Origin: a virus
DNA: 64,000 nucleotides
Strand: one strand, 5' to 3'
Virus record (IMG/VR): IMGVR_UViG_3300042307_001176
Coordinates: 32,001-96,000 of that record
Positions 19,228 through 28,260 of the stretch are shown piece by piece. The translations under genes and the position numbers were made by a program. The notes beneath the pieces were generated by a model. The model did no database searches. It had not been told where the DNA came from and saw nothing but the letters and a program-made list of their open reading frames with translations. Position 1 is the first letter of the stretch; each line of letters starts with the position of its first letter.

Positions 19228-21159
19228 TTATTTTATTTTAGCTATTTTTTCCACTATAGTTTTTCCGTTTTCTGTAGATAGAGTTACGAAATATAATCCT
19301 GATTGTAATCTGCCAAGATCTGTACAGTAAGAAAATTGTCCATTTGGTACTTGACCAGTTAATATTGTAGCTAGCTTCCTTCCTTGTAAATCCGATACAT
19401 ATAAAGTAGCATTTGATGTTTCTGATAGGCTAAATGTTATTGTGACATCTTTTTCAAATGGATTAGGATAAACTATCATAGAGTTTGAATCTAATAATTG
19501 TCCATTAGATATCTTTAATACTTGAAGTATTCCATTTGTTGGTGTTAGAGTTAAATCTTTAGAATTTGCTGCATTTCCTGCAAATTTTCTGGTAGTGTAT
19601 AAAGGACTCTCATCCCATTGATTTTGCGGTTGAAGTGCTACGAATTGTAGTGTAACAACATCGTCTCCATTTTTTAAAGTATTCTGACTGTTAGTAATAT
19701 CATATCCTCCCCAATCTATTTCACCGTCGTTTGCATTAATATAAGTTAACCATTTCATTGCAGAAGATGATGAATAAACTCCTTTGAATAAAAGTAAGTC
19801 TGAATTATATTTCAATCCAAATTGTAGTGAGTTTAGTTCAATACCATTAGTTAATACTTTAACTGGTATATTTACTAAGTTACCCTCTTGAACTGATATG
19901 TGAGGCACATTAACTTCTATAGAAGATGTTGGGAAATCATATTCAACTTTAGTGTCTATTACATTATAGATCTGATTCTCTAATCCTGGTGCAGGTCCTA
20001 CAAGAACTTCAATTGGAGTTACACGAGCCATATGATAACCTGTACCATTAGCATCACCAGGTACAACTACGTAATAAATAACCGAATCTGGTTGACCTGG
20101 CAATATATCGAATGTAAAGTTTGTTGCTCCTGATATTGACGCAGTATAGTTAGTTGATGATCCATTAATAGTATTGTATTCTGTCTGTGTAAAGAATTTA
20201 ACATCTTCGGTATTATTAGGCCATACTGAGAATCTTCCAGAAATTCTACCGAATACCCCATATGCGTCAGATATCGTTATATTATCTGATTCATTAACAT
20301 CTGCTGCATAATAATTAAATCCTGTCATTGTACCGTTACCTAATACCCATTGATTTATTAACTGTGCATCTGCAGTTGAAATAACATTACCTACTGCCAT
20401 TGAATCTCCTTGTACTGCTAATCTTACATCCCAATAAGTAGTATCTAAAGGAACCGAGATAGCAAAGTCTCCGTTTATGTCAGTAGTATAAGCCGAGTGT
20501 TGTGTCCAAGTATTACCTCCTAGTGGTCTTCTCTGTAATGCTAATGTTAAGTTCTTAGCTGGTGTTCCGGTTACATTATTAAATGTTCCGTGATATGCAA
20601 AGTTTTGAAATATAAAGTTACCACCATAACTGTGTATATTTAAAGTCGTATCTGTTCCATCCTGTTTTGCTGAATACGGAGGAAATGTATTAGCTGCTGG
20701 AACAACCGACCAAGCTAATGGTGTGATAGATGCTAAGTTATTAAATATTGATGAAGCAGCGTGTGTGAAAGTAATCTCGAATCTTTCTCCATCTGGTAAT
20801 GTATATACAGAACTAGCTCCAGTATAAACTAATGTCATAGTTACATAACCGTTTGCGGCACTTGTTATATACTGAAAATCTAAGTTGGTTGGAGATCCTA
20901 AAAGAGATACAGTAGCATTAGTGAATGCTATTTTATCATAGAATACTCTGAATTGTACACCTGTATATTTAGTAAGAGTTGTATTTTTTAAAGTGACCTT
21001 TGCTGTGGTAAATCCTTGTGTAGTTGTACCGACTGTGTAATTAGTGTCGATTATGGCCCATATACCAGTAGAAGGTGCTGGTGGACCAGATTGTGAAAAT
21101 AAGTTAAGAGTTAGCGTCATAAAAAACGCTAGAACACTTAACATTCTTAATGTCCTCAT
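19228..21159 (-). CDS. Cohesin- and dockerin-like protein with type IX secretion C-terminal sorting domain
   Basis: Signal peptide; GVQFRVFYD and VNIPVKV...LQFGLKYNSDLL cohesin-like; ADVNESDNITISDA dockerin-like; VYPNP...SGLYFVTL...KIAK CTD. Confidence 0.8.
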   Translation of the reverse strand: MRTLRMLSVLAFFMTLTLNLFSQSGPPAPSTGIWAIIDTNYTVGTTTQGFTTAKVTLKNTTLTKYTGVQFRVFYDKIAFTNATVSLLGSPTNLDFQYITSAANGYVTMTLVYTGASSVYTLPDGERFEITFTHAASSIFNNLASITPLAWSVVPAANTFPPYSAKQDGTDTTLNIHSYGGNFIFQNFAYHGTFNNVTGTPAKNLTLALQRRPLGGNTWTQHSAYTTDINGDFAISVPLDTTYWDVRLAVQGDSMAVGNVISTADAQLINQWVLGNGTMTGFNYYAADVNESDNITISDAYGVFGRISGRFSVWPNNTEDVKFFTQTEYNTINGSSTNYTASISGATNFTFDILPGQPDSVIYYVVVPGDANGTGYHMARVTPIEVLVGPAPGLENQIYNVIDTKVEYDFPTSSIEVNVPHISVQEGNLVNIPVKVLTNGIELNSLQFGLKYNSDLLLFKGVYSSSSAMKWLTYINANDGEIDWGGYDITNSQNTLKNGDDVVTLQFVALQPQNQWDESPLYTTRKFAGNAANSKDLTLTPTNGILQVLKISNGQLLDSNSMIVYPNPFEKDVTITFSLSETSNATLYVSDLQGRKLATILTGQVPNGQFSYCTDLGRLQSGLYFVTLSTENGKTIVEKIAKIK

Positions 21160-21270
21160 TTTTTTTAGTTATTTAGTTGGTTGTCTACATATATATTTTT
21201 TACCCGTAAAAAAACTGCTAGCATTTTAAAAAATATATTAAATATTTAAAATAATTGAATTAAAATTAAA

Positions 21271-21345
21271 AAGGGCCAAGGTGGTTGCGATTTCCTTGAC
21301 CCTTAGATTATTACTTGCGTAACATCACGGTCCTAAGCCGTGTAA
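21271..21345 (-). ncRNA. Candidate small structured RNA ending in a terminator hairpin
   Basis: cacgg/ccgtg hairpin, then aagggtcaagg/ccttggccctt stem plus T run; GATATATA upstream on the minus strand. Confidence 0.4.
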
Positions 21346-21401
21346 GATTGAAATTTTCGAGTCTTTATATAGTATAAATATTATATTATATATCTAAAAT
21401 T

Positions 21402-21578
21402 ATGGAAGAAAAATTAGAAATAACACAGGGAAGAAAGTTAGAAGGAAGTAGATTAGAATTGTACGAGCTATTTAGAAAAAAACACCACAAAGGAAATAAA
21501 GAAGCACAAACAAAAATGTGTTTGCAAATAGCAGACGAAAGAATTAAAGTATATATAGACATATTTAAAGAAAAATAG
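21402..21578 (+). CDS. Small hypothetical protein (58 aa, not in ORF track)
   Basis: MEEKLEITQGRKLEG...DIFKEK. Confidence 0.5.
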   Translation: MEEKLEITQGRKLEGSRLELYELFRKKHHKGNKEAQTKMCLQIADERIKVYIDIFKEK

Positions 21579-21622
21579 AATTTTCTTTTTTTATATTAAA
21601 TATAAATACTTACATTTGGAAT

Positions 21623-21877
21623 ATGAGAAAAAAAATTTTAATATCATCATTAATTTCTTTATCATTTTTATCATCTTGCTTAGAAATCAAGGAGAAAAGA
21701 GAAATTATTAAATGCGTAGTTGTTTCATGTGAAGAAATAACTCCCGTTTCTATACACGACGAAATGAATATTCCTCTGGGATACAGATTAGAAACATCTT
21801 GCGGAAGATCATTTAAGAGTAAGGTCAAGTACTCCTCCGGGGACACTATAGATGTTACTCGCGTTAGTTATCGATAG
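21623..21877 (+). CDS. Small lipoprotein
   Basis: Lipobox LSSC; TACATTTG at 21611. Confidence 0.65.
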   Translation: MRKKILISSLISLSFLSSCLEIKEKREIIKCVVVSCEEITPVSIHDEMNIPLGYRLETSCGRSFKSKVKYSSGDTIDVTRVSYR

Positions 21878-21918
21878 TTTTTGTTAGACTGGGAATATAT
21901 AATGAAAAATATATTCTT

Positions 21919-22740
21919 ATGTTACTTAAAAATGGATCAAAAGGAGATGATGTAAAAAAACTCCAAGAAAAATTAGGACTGGCCTCAGATGGTTCTTTCG
22001 GTCCCGGTACAGAAGCTAAAGTTAAAGAATGGCAAGCAGCTAATGGATTAACAGCAGATGGTATTGTCGGCGATGGTACTTGGTCTAAAATGTTCGGTTC
22101 AGCACCAATTGCAGCAGCACCAATTTCTATTCCTTCTTCATCTTTTAAGTTGGAAAATTTAAAAGGACACGTTCCCGATTCAGTTCTTGCACAGATCCCA
22201 GATACAGCAGCTAAATTTAATATTACAAATACATTAAGACTTGCTCACTTCTTAGCACAGTGTGGTCATGAGTCTGGAGGCTTTAAAGCAGTTTCAGAGA
22301 ATCTAAACTACTCTGCTGACGGTCTTAAAAAAATCTTCCCTAAATATTTCCCCGGTAATCTTAATGAGTCTTATGCAAGACAGCCAGAGAAAATTGCTTC
22401 AAGAGTTTACGGAAGCAGAATGGGTAATGGCGATGAATCTTCTAAAGAAGGATACAAATTTAGAGGTAGAGGCTATATTCAATTAACTGGTAAATCTAAT
22501 TATTCTTCTTTTGATAAATTAGTAGAGGATGATATCGTAGGAAATCCAGATTTAGTTGCTACTAAATACCCTTTAATGTCTGCAGCATTTTTCTTTAATA
22601 ATAATAGCCTTTGGTCTATTTGTGATAAAGGAGCAGATGATGCTACAGTTACTGCAGTAACAAAAAGAGTAAATGGAGGTACTATTGGATTATCTGATAG
22701 AATTAAACACTTTAAAGAGTATTACGCATTACTTAAATAA
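21919..22740 (+). CDS. Endolysin: peptidoglycan-binding domain + GH19 domain
   Basis: DGSFGPGT, GLTADGIVG, HFLAQCGHESGG, ENLNYS, FRGRGYIQLTG, TKRVNGG. Confidence 0.9.
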   Translation: MLLKNGSKGDDVKKLQEKLGLASDGSFGPGTEAKVKEWQAANGLTADGIVGDGTWSKMFGSAPIAAAPISIPSSSFKLENLKGHVPDSVLAQIPDTAAKFNITNTLRLAHFLAQCGHESGGFKAVSENLNYSADGLKKIFPKYFPGNLNESYARQPEKIASRVYGSRMGNGDESSKEGYKFRGRGYIQLTGKSNYSSFDKLVEDDIVGNPDLVATKYPLMSAAFFFNNNSLWSICDKGADDATVTAVTKRVNGGTIGLSDRIKHFKEYYALLK

Positions 22741-22761
22741 TATAAATATTACAAAAAAATT

Positions 22762-24114
22762 ATGAAAAAAATTATATTAGGTCTATTAATGATTTTTGTA
22801 GGACTATTTATTGTACTATATTCATGTATTAAAAATAAAAAAATCACACCAGTTCAATTCCCAGATGTAGCAATCCAAAATTTTAAATTTCCAGAGGATT
22901 CAACAACTATTAATCAGTGGTTATCTAAACAAGACACCGCACAGATTATAAGTCATGCATGGGGTATTTGGGCAGGTTTAACTGAACCTACTGATCAAAA
23001 ATATAACGGCCAAACTTTATTAGTGTTTGAAACATGGTTAGGTATACAGGAAATAGCAAATTCGTCAAATAATAACACTTCTAAAATTAATAGAACTGCA
23101 TTAAATGTACCAAAACAATTCATCCATGGAGCATTAAAAGACCCACAAGTTATAGACACTACATTTCAAGTATTAGAAACTGTGTCATATGATCCATGGG
23201 CAGCAAACTTTGCAATATCTAATCAACTGTTGACTGGCTCAAAATTAAGATCTTATGCAGTAAGCGATGGAATTGGTTCTATACCAGATTTTCCCAATGC
23301 ATCTATTGTAACTAAACCTACATACTATACGGGAATACCAGATAAGAATAGTTTAATCAGAGTTCCTGTTTGGGTATCACCAGTTCCTGCTAAGGCGTTC
23401 AGGTCTTCAGATTGGAAAACTTGGGTTTATGCTGATATTAACAACCGTCAGAAACCCAATAAGATTTTAGTTCCTGTCACTTCTTCAAATCCCTCTAAAA
23501 AAGAGATTGAAAATGCAACATGCAACCTAAACGAATTTATTAACTACAAACTTGATGAAGAAGGTGCTGAGTATTTAAATCTACACGAGGATTTTAATAG
23601 TACCACTTATAAAGATGGTGATTATGTTTTATTGGTTGCTATGCACGTTGCGACTAAGGAAATTAAAAACTGGACATGGCAAACATATTTTTGGTGTCCA
23701 GATCCAAAAAATCCTCCATCACCAAGCTCAAAATTTGCAGCAGACTTAAAACCTAAAGAATTAAAAGGTGCAGCATCTCATTATGCAGTCAGTGTTGCTT
23801 ATGCAATGGTTTGGCCAAATCAACCAATAACGGGTGGCAGCGACAAAAACACAAGACCTATCATATCATTTAATCCTTATTTAGAAGGAGGTTTTGGACC
23901 TAAAGTTTTTAACTATCCTAACACATATAAACCAGAATTTATTTATGGAATGCAAACTAATTGTATGTCTTGTCATGCATTAGCAACATATAAAGGTACA
24001 GCCGGATATACGACAGATCAATACATAGATATGAAAAATTTAAAACTATTTAAAAACGATATCCAATTAGATTTTCTTTGGTCAATTCAAGGAAATATGG
24101 ATACGCTTAAATAA
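22762..24114 (+). CDS. Lipoprotein with C-terminal CxxCH haem-c motif
   Basis: Lipobox-like LYSC, MHVATKE..NWTWQT, NCMSCHA. Confidence 0.65.
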   Translation: MKKIILGLLMIFVGLFIVLYSCIKNKKITPVQFPDVAIQNFKFPEDSTTINQWLSKQDTAQIISHAWGIWAGLTEPTDQKYNGQTLLVFETWLGIQEIANSSNNNTSKINRTALNVPKQFIHGALKDPQVIDTTFQVLETVSYDPWAANFAISNQLLTGSKLRSYAVSDGIGSIPDFPNASIVTKPTYYTGIPDKNSLIRVPVWVSPVPAKAFRSSDWKTWVYADINNRQKPNKILVPVTSSNPSKKEIENATCNLNEFINYKLDEEGAEYLNLHEDFNSTTYKDGDYVLLVAMHVATKEIKNWTWQTYFWCPDPKNPPSPSSKFAADLKPKELKGAASHYAVSVAYAMVWPNQPITGGSDKNTRPIISFNPYLEGGFGPKVFNYPNTYKPEFIYGMQTNCMSCHALATYKGTAGYTTDQYIDMKNLKLFKNDIQLDFLWSIQGNMDTLK

Positions 24115-24137
24115 AAATAAATAAATAAAAACAGATT

Positions 24138-24395
24138 ATGAACGATGAAAATATAATGGGCAGTATTATGCTATTTGCTGGAAATTTTGCACCACAAGGA
24201 TGGGCTTACTGTAATGGAGCAACATTGGAAATACAGCAATACGAGGCGCTATACGCTATTCTTGGAAATACTTATGGAGGAGACGGAGCTACCAATTTTA
24301 AATTACCAAATCTTGTAGGCCCAGTACCTACAATAGGAGTAGCACCTATGAATTACGTTATTTGTACTCAGGGAATTTTTCCAAGTAGATCATAA
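24138..24395 (+). CDS. Phage tail-collar domain protein
   Basis: GSIMLFAGNFAPQGWAYCNG...LYAILGNTYGGDG.TNFKLPNL. Confidence 0.85.
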   Translation: MNDENIMGSIMLFAGNFAPQGWAYCNGATLEIQQYEALYAILGNTYGGDGATNFKLPNLVGPVPTIGVAPMNYVICTQGIFPSRS

Positions 24396-24413
24396 TAAAT
24401 TATAGACTAATTA

Positions 24414-24713
24414 ATGGAGAATAAAGAGGAAAATAAAGATCAAACACCAATATCAGGATTTGCTGATGTATTTCTTTCAAAGCTAAAAGAGCAGTCATTT
24501 GTGATCATTCTTATGCTTGGTGTAATATATTACCAACACAGATTAATGGAAGAGAGAGTAGCATTTTGGCAAAAGCAATACGAAGAGAAAGAAGCTTATA
24601 TTCAACAAACAGTAGCAAGCGACAAAGAAATCATGTTAGATAGAATTAAGTATCTTCAAGATCAAAGGGATCAATATGCACAAGATGCAATAGATGAATT
24701 AAAAAATAAATAA
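24414..24713 (+). CDS. Single-TM coiled-coil protein
   Basis: TM helix plus heptad pattern. Confidence 0.65.
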   Translation: MENKEENKDQTPISGFADVFLSKLKEQSFVIILMLGVIYYQHRLMEERVAFWQKQYEEKEAYIQQTVASDKEIMLDRIKYLQDQRDQYAQDAIDELKNK

Positions 24714-24721
24714 AAACTGAA

Positions 24722-25537
24722 ATGGATTGGATGGAATCCGCACTAGGAGAAATTACAATATTTGCTGGATCATCAAGAAATCTACCAAAAGGGTGGATTT
24801 TTTGTAACGGTCAAACTCTAAATGAAATGCAAAATAATGCCTTATATGCAGTTATAGGAGATTCATACGGGACTAAAGATCCTAATCACCAAGTTTTTTA
24901 TATACCAAATATTACAAATATTTCTTCTAATGCTGAAGATTGGGATGATAGCCCAGCTTTAAGATATATGATGGGTATTAATTCTGATTGTTCTATGTGG
25001 CCTTATGCAGAATCAGATAACGATAATTCAATAATTAACGGAATAACCGGATCAATTATATTATTTTCTGGAATTTTTATTGAGGGATCTGATAATAAGA
25101 CTTTAGGTAAAAGCTGGAGACTCTGTGATGGAAGAATATTAGAAATAACAGATTATCCTATTCTATTTAAATTGATAGGAACTAAATACGGTGGAAATGG
25201 AATTACCACGTTTGGTCTTCCAAATCTCTCCGGTCCATCAAACAATTCGGTAAAATATTTTATGTGCGTTGATGGAATTTCACCTGATGATAGTGGTGAA
25301 GGATATTCAGGAGAAATCAGATTATTTGGTGGAGATACTGCACCACAAGGATGGATTTTTTGTAACGGAAAAGCTTTAAAAGTTCAAGACTATTCGCCTT
25401 TATTCTGTCTTATAGGATGTACCTATGGTGGAGATGGTGTACATACATTTGAATTGCCAAATATTCCTAGCCCAGAGGGAACTACATTAAAATATATGAT
25501 ATGTGTCAATGGTATTTGGCCAGTATCAGAGGACTAA
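24722..25537 (+). CDS. Protein with three tandem tail-collar domains
   Basis: Three G-x-I-x-x-F...W..C.G...YG repeats. Confidence 0.8.
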   Translation: MDWMESALGEITIFAGSSRNLPKGWIFCNGQTLNEMQNNALYAVIGDSYGTKDPNHQVFYIPNITNISSNAEDWDDSPALRYMMGINSDCSMWPYAESDNDNSIINGITGSIILFSGIFIEGSDNKTLGKSWRLCDGRILEITDYPILFKLIGTKYGGNGITTFGLPNLSGPSNNSVKYFMCVDGISPDDSGEGYSGEIRLFGGDTAPQGWIFCNGKALKVQDYSPLFCLIGCTYGGDGVHTFELPNIPSPEGTTLKYMICVNGIWPVSED

Positions 25538-25548
25538 ATAAAAAAAAT

Positions 25549-26154
25549 ATGAAAATAAACACACAAGAGCAAAGATTACAAGAATTAACTAACATTGCCC
25601 CAACAGTATCCGTCAAAATGGATATGGAGTGGTTGGGCTCAACAACTAACACTGCAGACTTCCTGATTCGTTTGACAAACACTGGTACATCAGTAGTTAA
25701 ATTAAATGCTTTAATTATACGCGGGGTTCATTCACCAAAGATAACAACAGGAACTATAACATGGAAAGCATTAAATGACAATACTGATCCTAAGTGGTTA
25801 GGTTGGCCTAAGGTAACAACTAACTTACCTTATATTTCAGGGCAAAGAAAATTAAATTTCTCTTCAGCAACAAATATCTTCACTAACGAAACAGCTCCTA
25901 TTATACCAACCGGAACAGGAGTAGTAGTTGGAACCTTTAGGGTTTCTACATCAACAACATGGAACCCAAATAGTGATTTTGGTTTTGTATGGGAAATGAC
26001 AACAGGTGGAGTAGTTGGTTACGTAAATTTCGACAAACCATCTACGACTTCAGCGTCACCAGTTGGTTTTTTACATTATGGTCCAATCACATCTAATTCA
26101 ATAGGTAAATGTTTAACAGTAACAGCATCAGTTAAACAAACATTAAATAAATAA
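25549..26154 (+). CDS. Hypothetical beta-rich protein
   Basis: Start moved to MKINTQ after A-rich leader. Confidence 0.65.
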   Translation: MKINTQEQRLQELTNIAPTVSVKMDMEWLGSTTNTADFLIRLTNTGTSVVKLNALIIRGVHSPKITTGTITWKALNDNTDPKWLGWPKVTTNLPYISGQRKLNFSSATNIFTNETAPIIPTGTGVVVGTFRVSTSTTWNPNSDFGFVWEMTTGGVVGYVNFDKPSTTSASPVGFLHYGPITSNSIGKCLTVTASVKQTLNK

Positions 26155-26161
26155 AAATAAA

Positions 26162-27526
26162 ATGACAGACAAAAAACACAAACACGTTAATGCAGACGCT
26201 AACGTTTCAGTAGAAACTAATGATAGCGTTTCAACACAGACAGGAAATGAAAATGCTGGTGCAAGTGCCGATGCATCATATTCAGCAAGTGCAGAAGCTA
26301 GCGCTCATGCAGAAGCAGGTATAGACGGAACTATGGCATCTGCATCCGCTGAAGCTGGTGTAAGTGCAGAAGTATCCGCCGAGGCAAATGCCGAAGCTCA
26401 TGCTAATCAAGATTTAGGTGGCGGTGTTAGTATAGGTGCTGAGGCTGATGTAAGTGTATCTGCAAGTGCTTCTGCTGAGGCAAGTGCTGAAGCGCACGCC
26501 GAAGCTGGATGGGACGGATCTGATGCTAAAGTTGAAGGTGGTGCTTCAGTAGAAGCAAGAGTTGAAGTAGCTGTAGATGCAAACGCACATACTGAAGCTG
26601 GTCTTGATACTCCGCTTGGAGAAGTTAAAGTTGAAGCAGATGCTGAAGGACACGCAGGTGCTTATGCAGAAGCACACGCTGGCGTAGAAGGACATGCTAG
26701 TGTGGGTGAACACGGTGTAGATGTTGGAGGTGGAGCTATGGCTGGTGCCGGTGTTGGTGTTGAAGCTGGCGGAAGTGTTGGTGTCAATACTCCAATTGGA
26801 GGTGCGGAGGCAAACGCTTCAGCTGGAGCTAGTATTGGTGTTCAAGTTGGTGCTGAAGGAGAAGCTCATGGAACTTTTAATGATGGGGAAGTAAGCGTAG
26901 GAATTAGCGGAGAAGCTGCTTTACTCGTTGGACTTGACGCTGATATTAATGTTAATCTTGATTTGAATCCTGCTATTGATTTAGGCAATGCAATTGCTGA
27001 CGGTGAGGCTGAGGAAAAAGCTAAAATGGTAGCACAGGAAGCAGAAAGACTAGCAAACCAAGCTAGAGAAGATGCTTTAAGAGAAGCTGATAGATTAGCA
27101 CCAGAAGCAGAAAGGCTAGCAAAACAAGCTAGAGAAGATGCTTTAAGAGAAGCTGATAGATTAGCAGAAGAAACAGCAAGACTAGAAAATCAAGCTAGAG
27201 AAGATGCTCTAAGAGAAGCTGATAATCTAAAAAGAATTGCTGAAGAACAAGCTGAAGCTGCTCGAAAAGAAACAGAAAGATTAGCAAATGAAGCCAAAGA
27301 AGCTGCTGAAGCCGCTCAAAGAGAAACAGATAGATTAGCAAATGAAGCTAGAGAAGCTGCTGAAGCTGCTCAAAGAGAAACAGATAGATTAGCAAATGAA
27401 GCTAGAGAAGCTGCTGAAGCTGCTCAAAGAGAAACAGAAAGAGTAGCTAGAGAAGCACAAGATGCTTTAAATAAAGCTGCAGAAGATGCTAAAAAATCAA
27501 AATGGAACCCTAAAAATTGGTTTTAA
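26162..27526 (+). CDS. Ala/Glu/Gly-rich beta-repeat protein with C-terminal coiled-coil repeats
   Basis: AEA/AGA alternating repeats; QAREDALREAD x3, ETDRLANEAREAAEAAQR x3. Confidence 0.8.
   Translation: MTDKKHKHVNADANVSVETNDSVSTQTGNENAGASADASYSASAEASAHAEAGIDGTMASASAEAGVSAEVSAEANAEAHANQDLGGGVSIGAEADVSVSASASAEASAEAHAEAGWDGSDAKVEGGASVEARVEVAVDANAHTEAGLDTPLGEVKVEADAEGHAGAYAEAHAGVEGHASVGEHGVDVGGGAMAGAGVGVEAGGSVGVNTPIGGAEANASAGASIGVQVGAEGEAHGTFNDGEVSVGISGEAALLVGLDADINVNLDLNPAIDLGNAIADGEAEEKAKMVAQEAERLANQAREDALREADRLAPEAERLAKQAREDALREADRLAEETARLENQAREDALREADNLKRIAEEQAEAARKETERLANEAKEAAEAAQRETDRLANEAREAAEAAQRETDRLANEAREAAEAAQRETERVAREAQDALNKAAEDAKKSKWNPKNWF
27039..27441 (+). repeat. Intragenic tandem repeats (about 66 bp x3, then 54 bp x3)
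   Basis: caagctagagaagatgctttaagagaagctgat and gaaacagatagattagcaaatgaagctagagaagctgctgaagctgctcaaaga units. Confidence 0.85.
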
Positions 27527-27565
27527 TTAATAAAAAAACAACTACAAAATAAATAAAATAAAGCA

Positions 27566-28165
27566 ATGTATACAAGAGAACAAATTGAAGGTGCGGTTAA
27601 AGCCAAGGGTTATGTCTATTTTGAAGACGCTAACAAAAAAGGATTTGATGTTAATATTATTGGAATTAGAAATTCTTCTACAGGACAGAAGGTTACTAAC
27701 GCTTTTGACGATCTATTAACTATATCATACAAAGATGAAACTGGAGCTTGGAAATATCACGAATGGCCAGCTACAACAGATCCAGGAAAAAAAGGTGTTT
27801 TGGAATACCACAATACAGCTGGTGTAGCTAGACTAGTAGAAGGTCAATATAGAGGATCTCACACAATTAGATTACATCAAGGTAAATATGAAGCATTAGG
27901 ACAAGCTAAAAACGTTAAAGTTTATAGAGATGCTAATAAAGATCTAAACTATGATGAGAATAAAATTCAAGAAGGAGTATTTGGTATAAATATACACAAA
28001 GCTGGAGCAGATTCAACTTATGTTGAAAACTGGTCTGAAGGATGTCAAGTATTTAAAAAATCAGCCGATTTTGAAGCGTTTATGAAAATTTGTAGAAAAT
28101 CAAAAGATTTACACGGCAATTCATTTACATATACATTAATTGAATCAACAGATATTAAGGTTTAA
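27566..28165 (+). CDS. Putative peptidoglycan hydrolase (YkuD/L,D-transpeptidase-like)
   Basis: NIIGIRN, ATTDPG, GINIHKAG, WSEGCQV. Confidence 0.7.
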   Translation: MYTREQIEGAVKAKGYVYFEDANKKGFDVNIIGIRNSSTGQKVTNAFDDLLTISYKDETGAWKYHEWPATTDPGKKGVLEYHNTAGVARLVEGQYRGSHTIRLHQGKYEALGQAKNVKVYRDANKDLNYDENKIQEGVFGINIHKAGADSTYVENWSEGCQVFKKSADFEAFMKICRKSKDLHGNSFTYTLIESTDIKV

Positions 28166-28260
28166 ATTCTATTAAAATTTATATAATAAATCTTTTAATA
28201 CATATTTCATAGGACTAATTTTAGCAACGGTGTTTAGTGATCTGATCACTATGAAATATC

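Noticed and set aside
16375-19281. Numerous alternative-frame and antisense ORFs over the secretion operon
   Set aside because: They are by-products of low-complexity coding sequence on the main frame.
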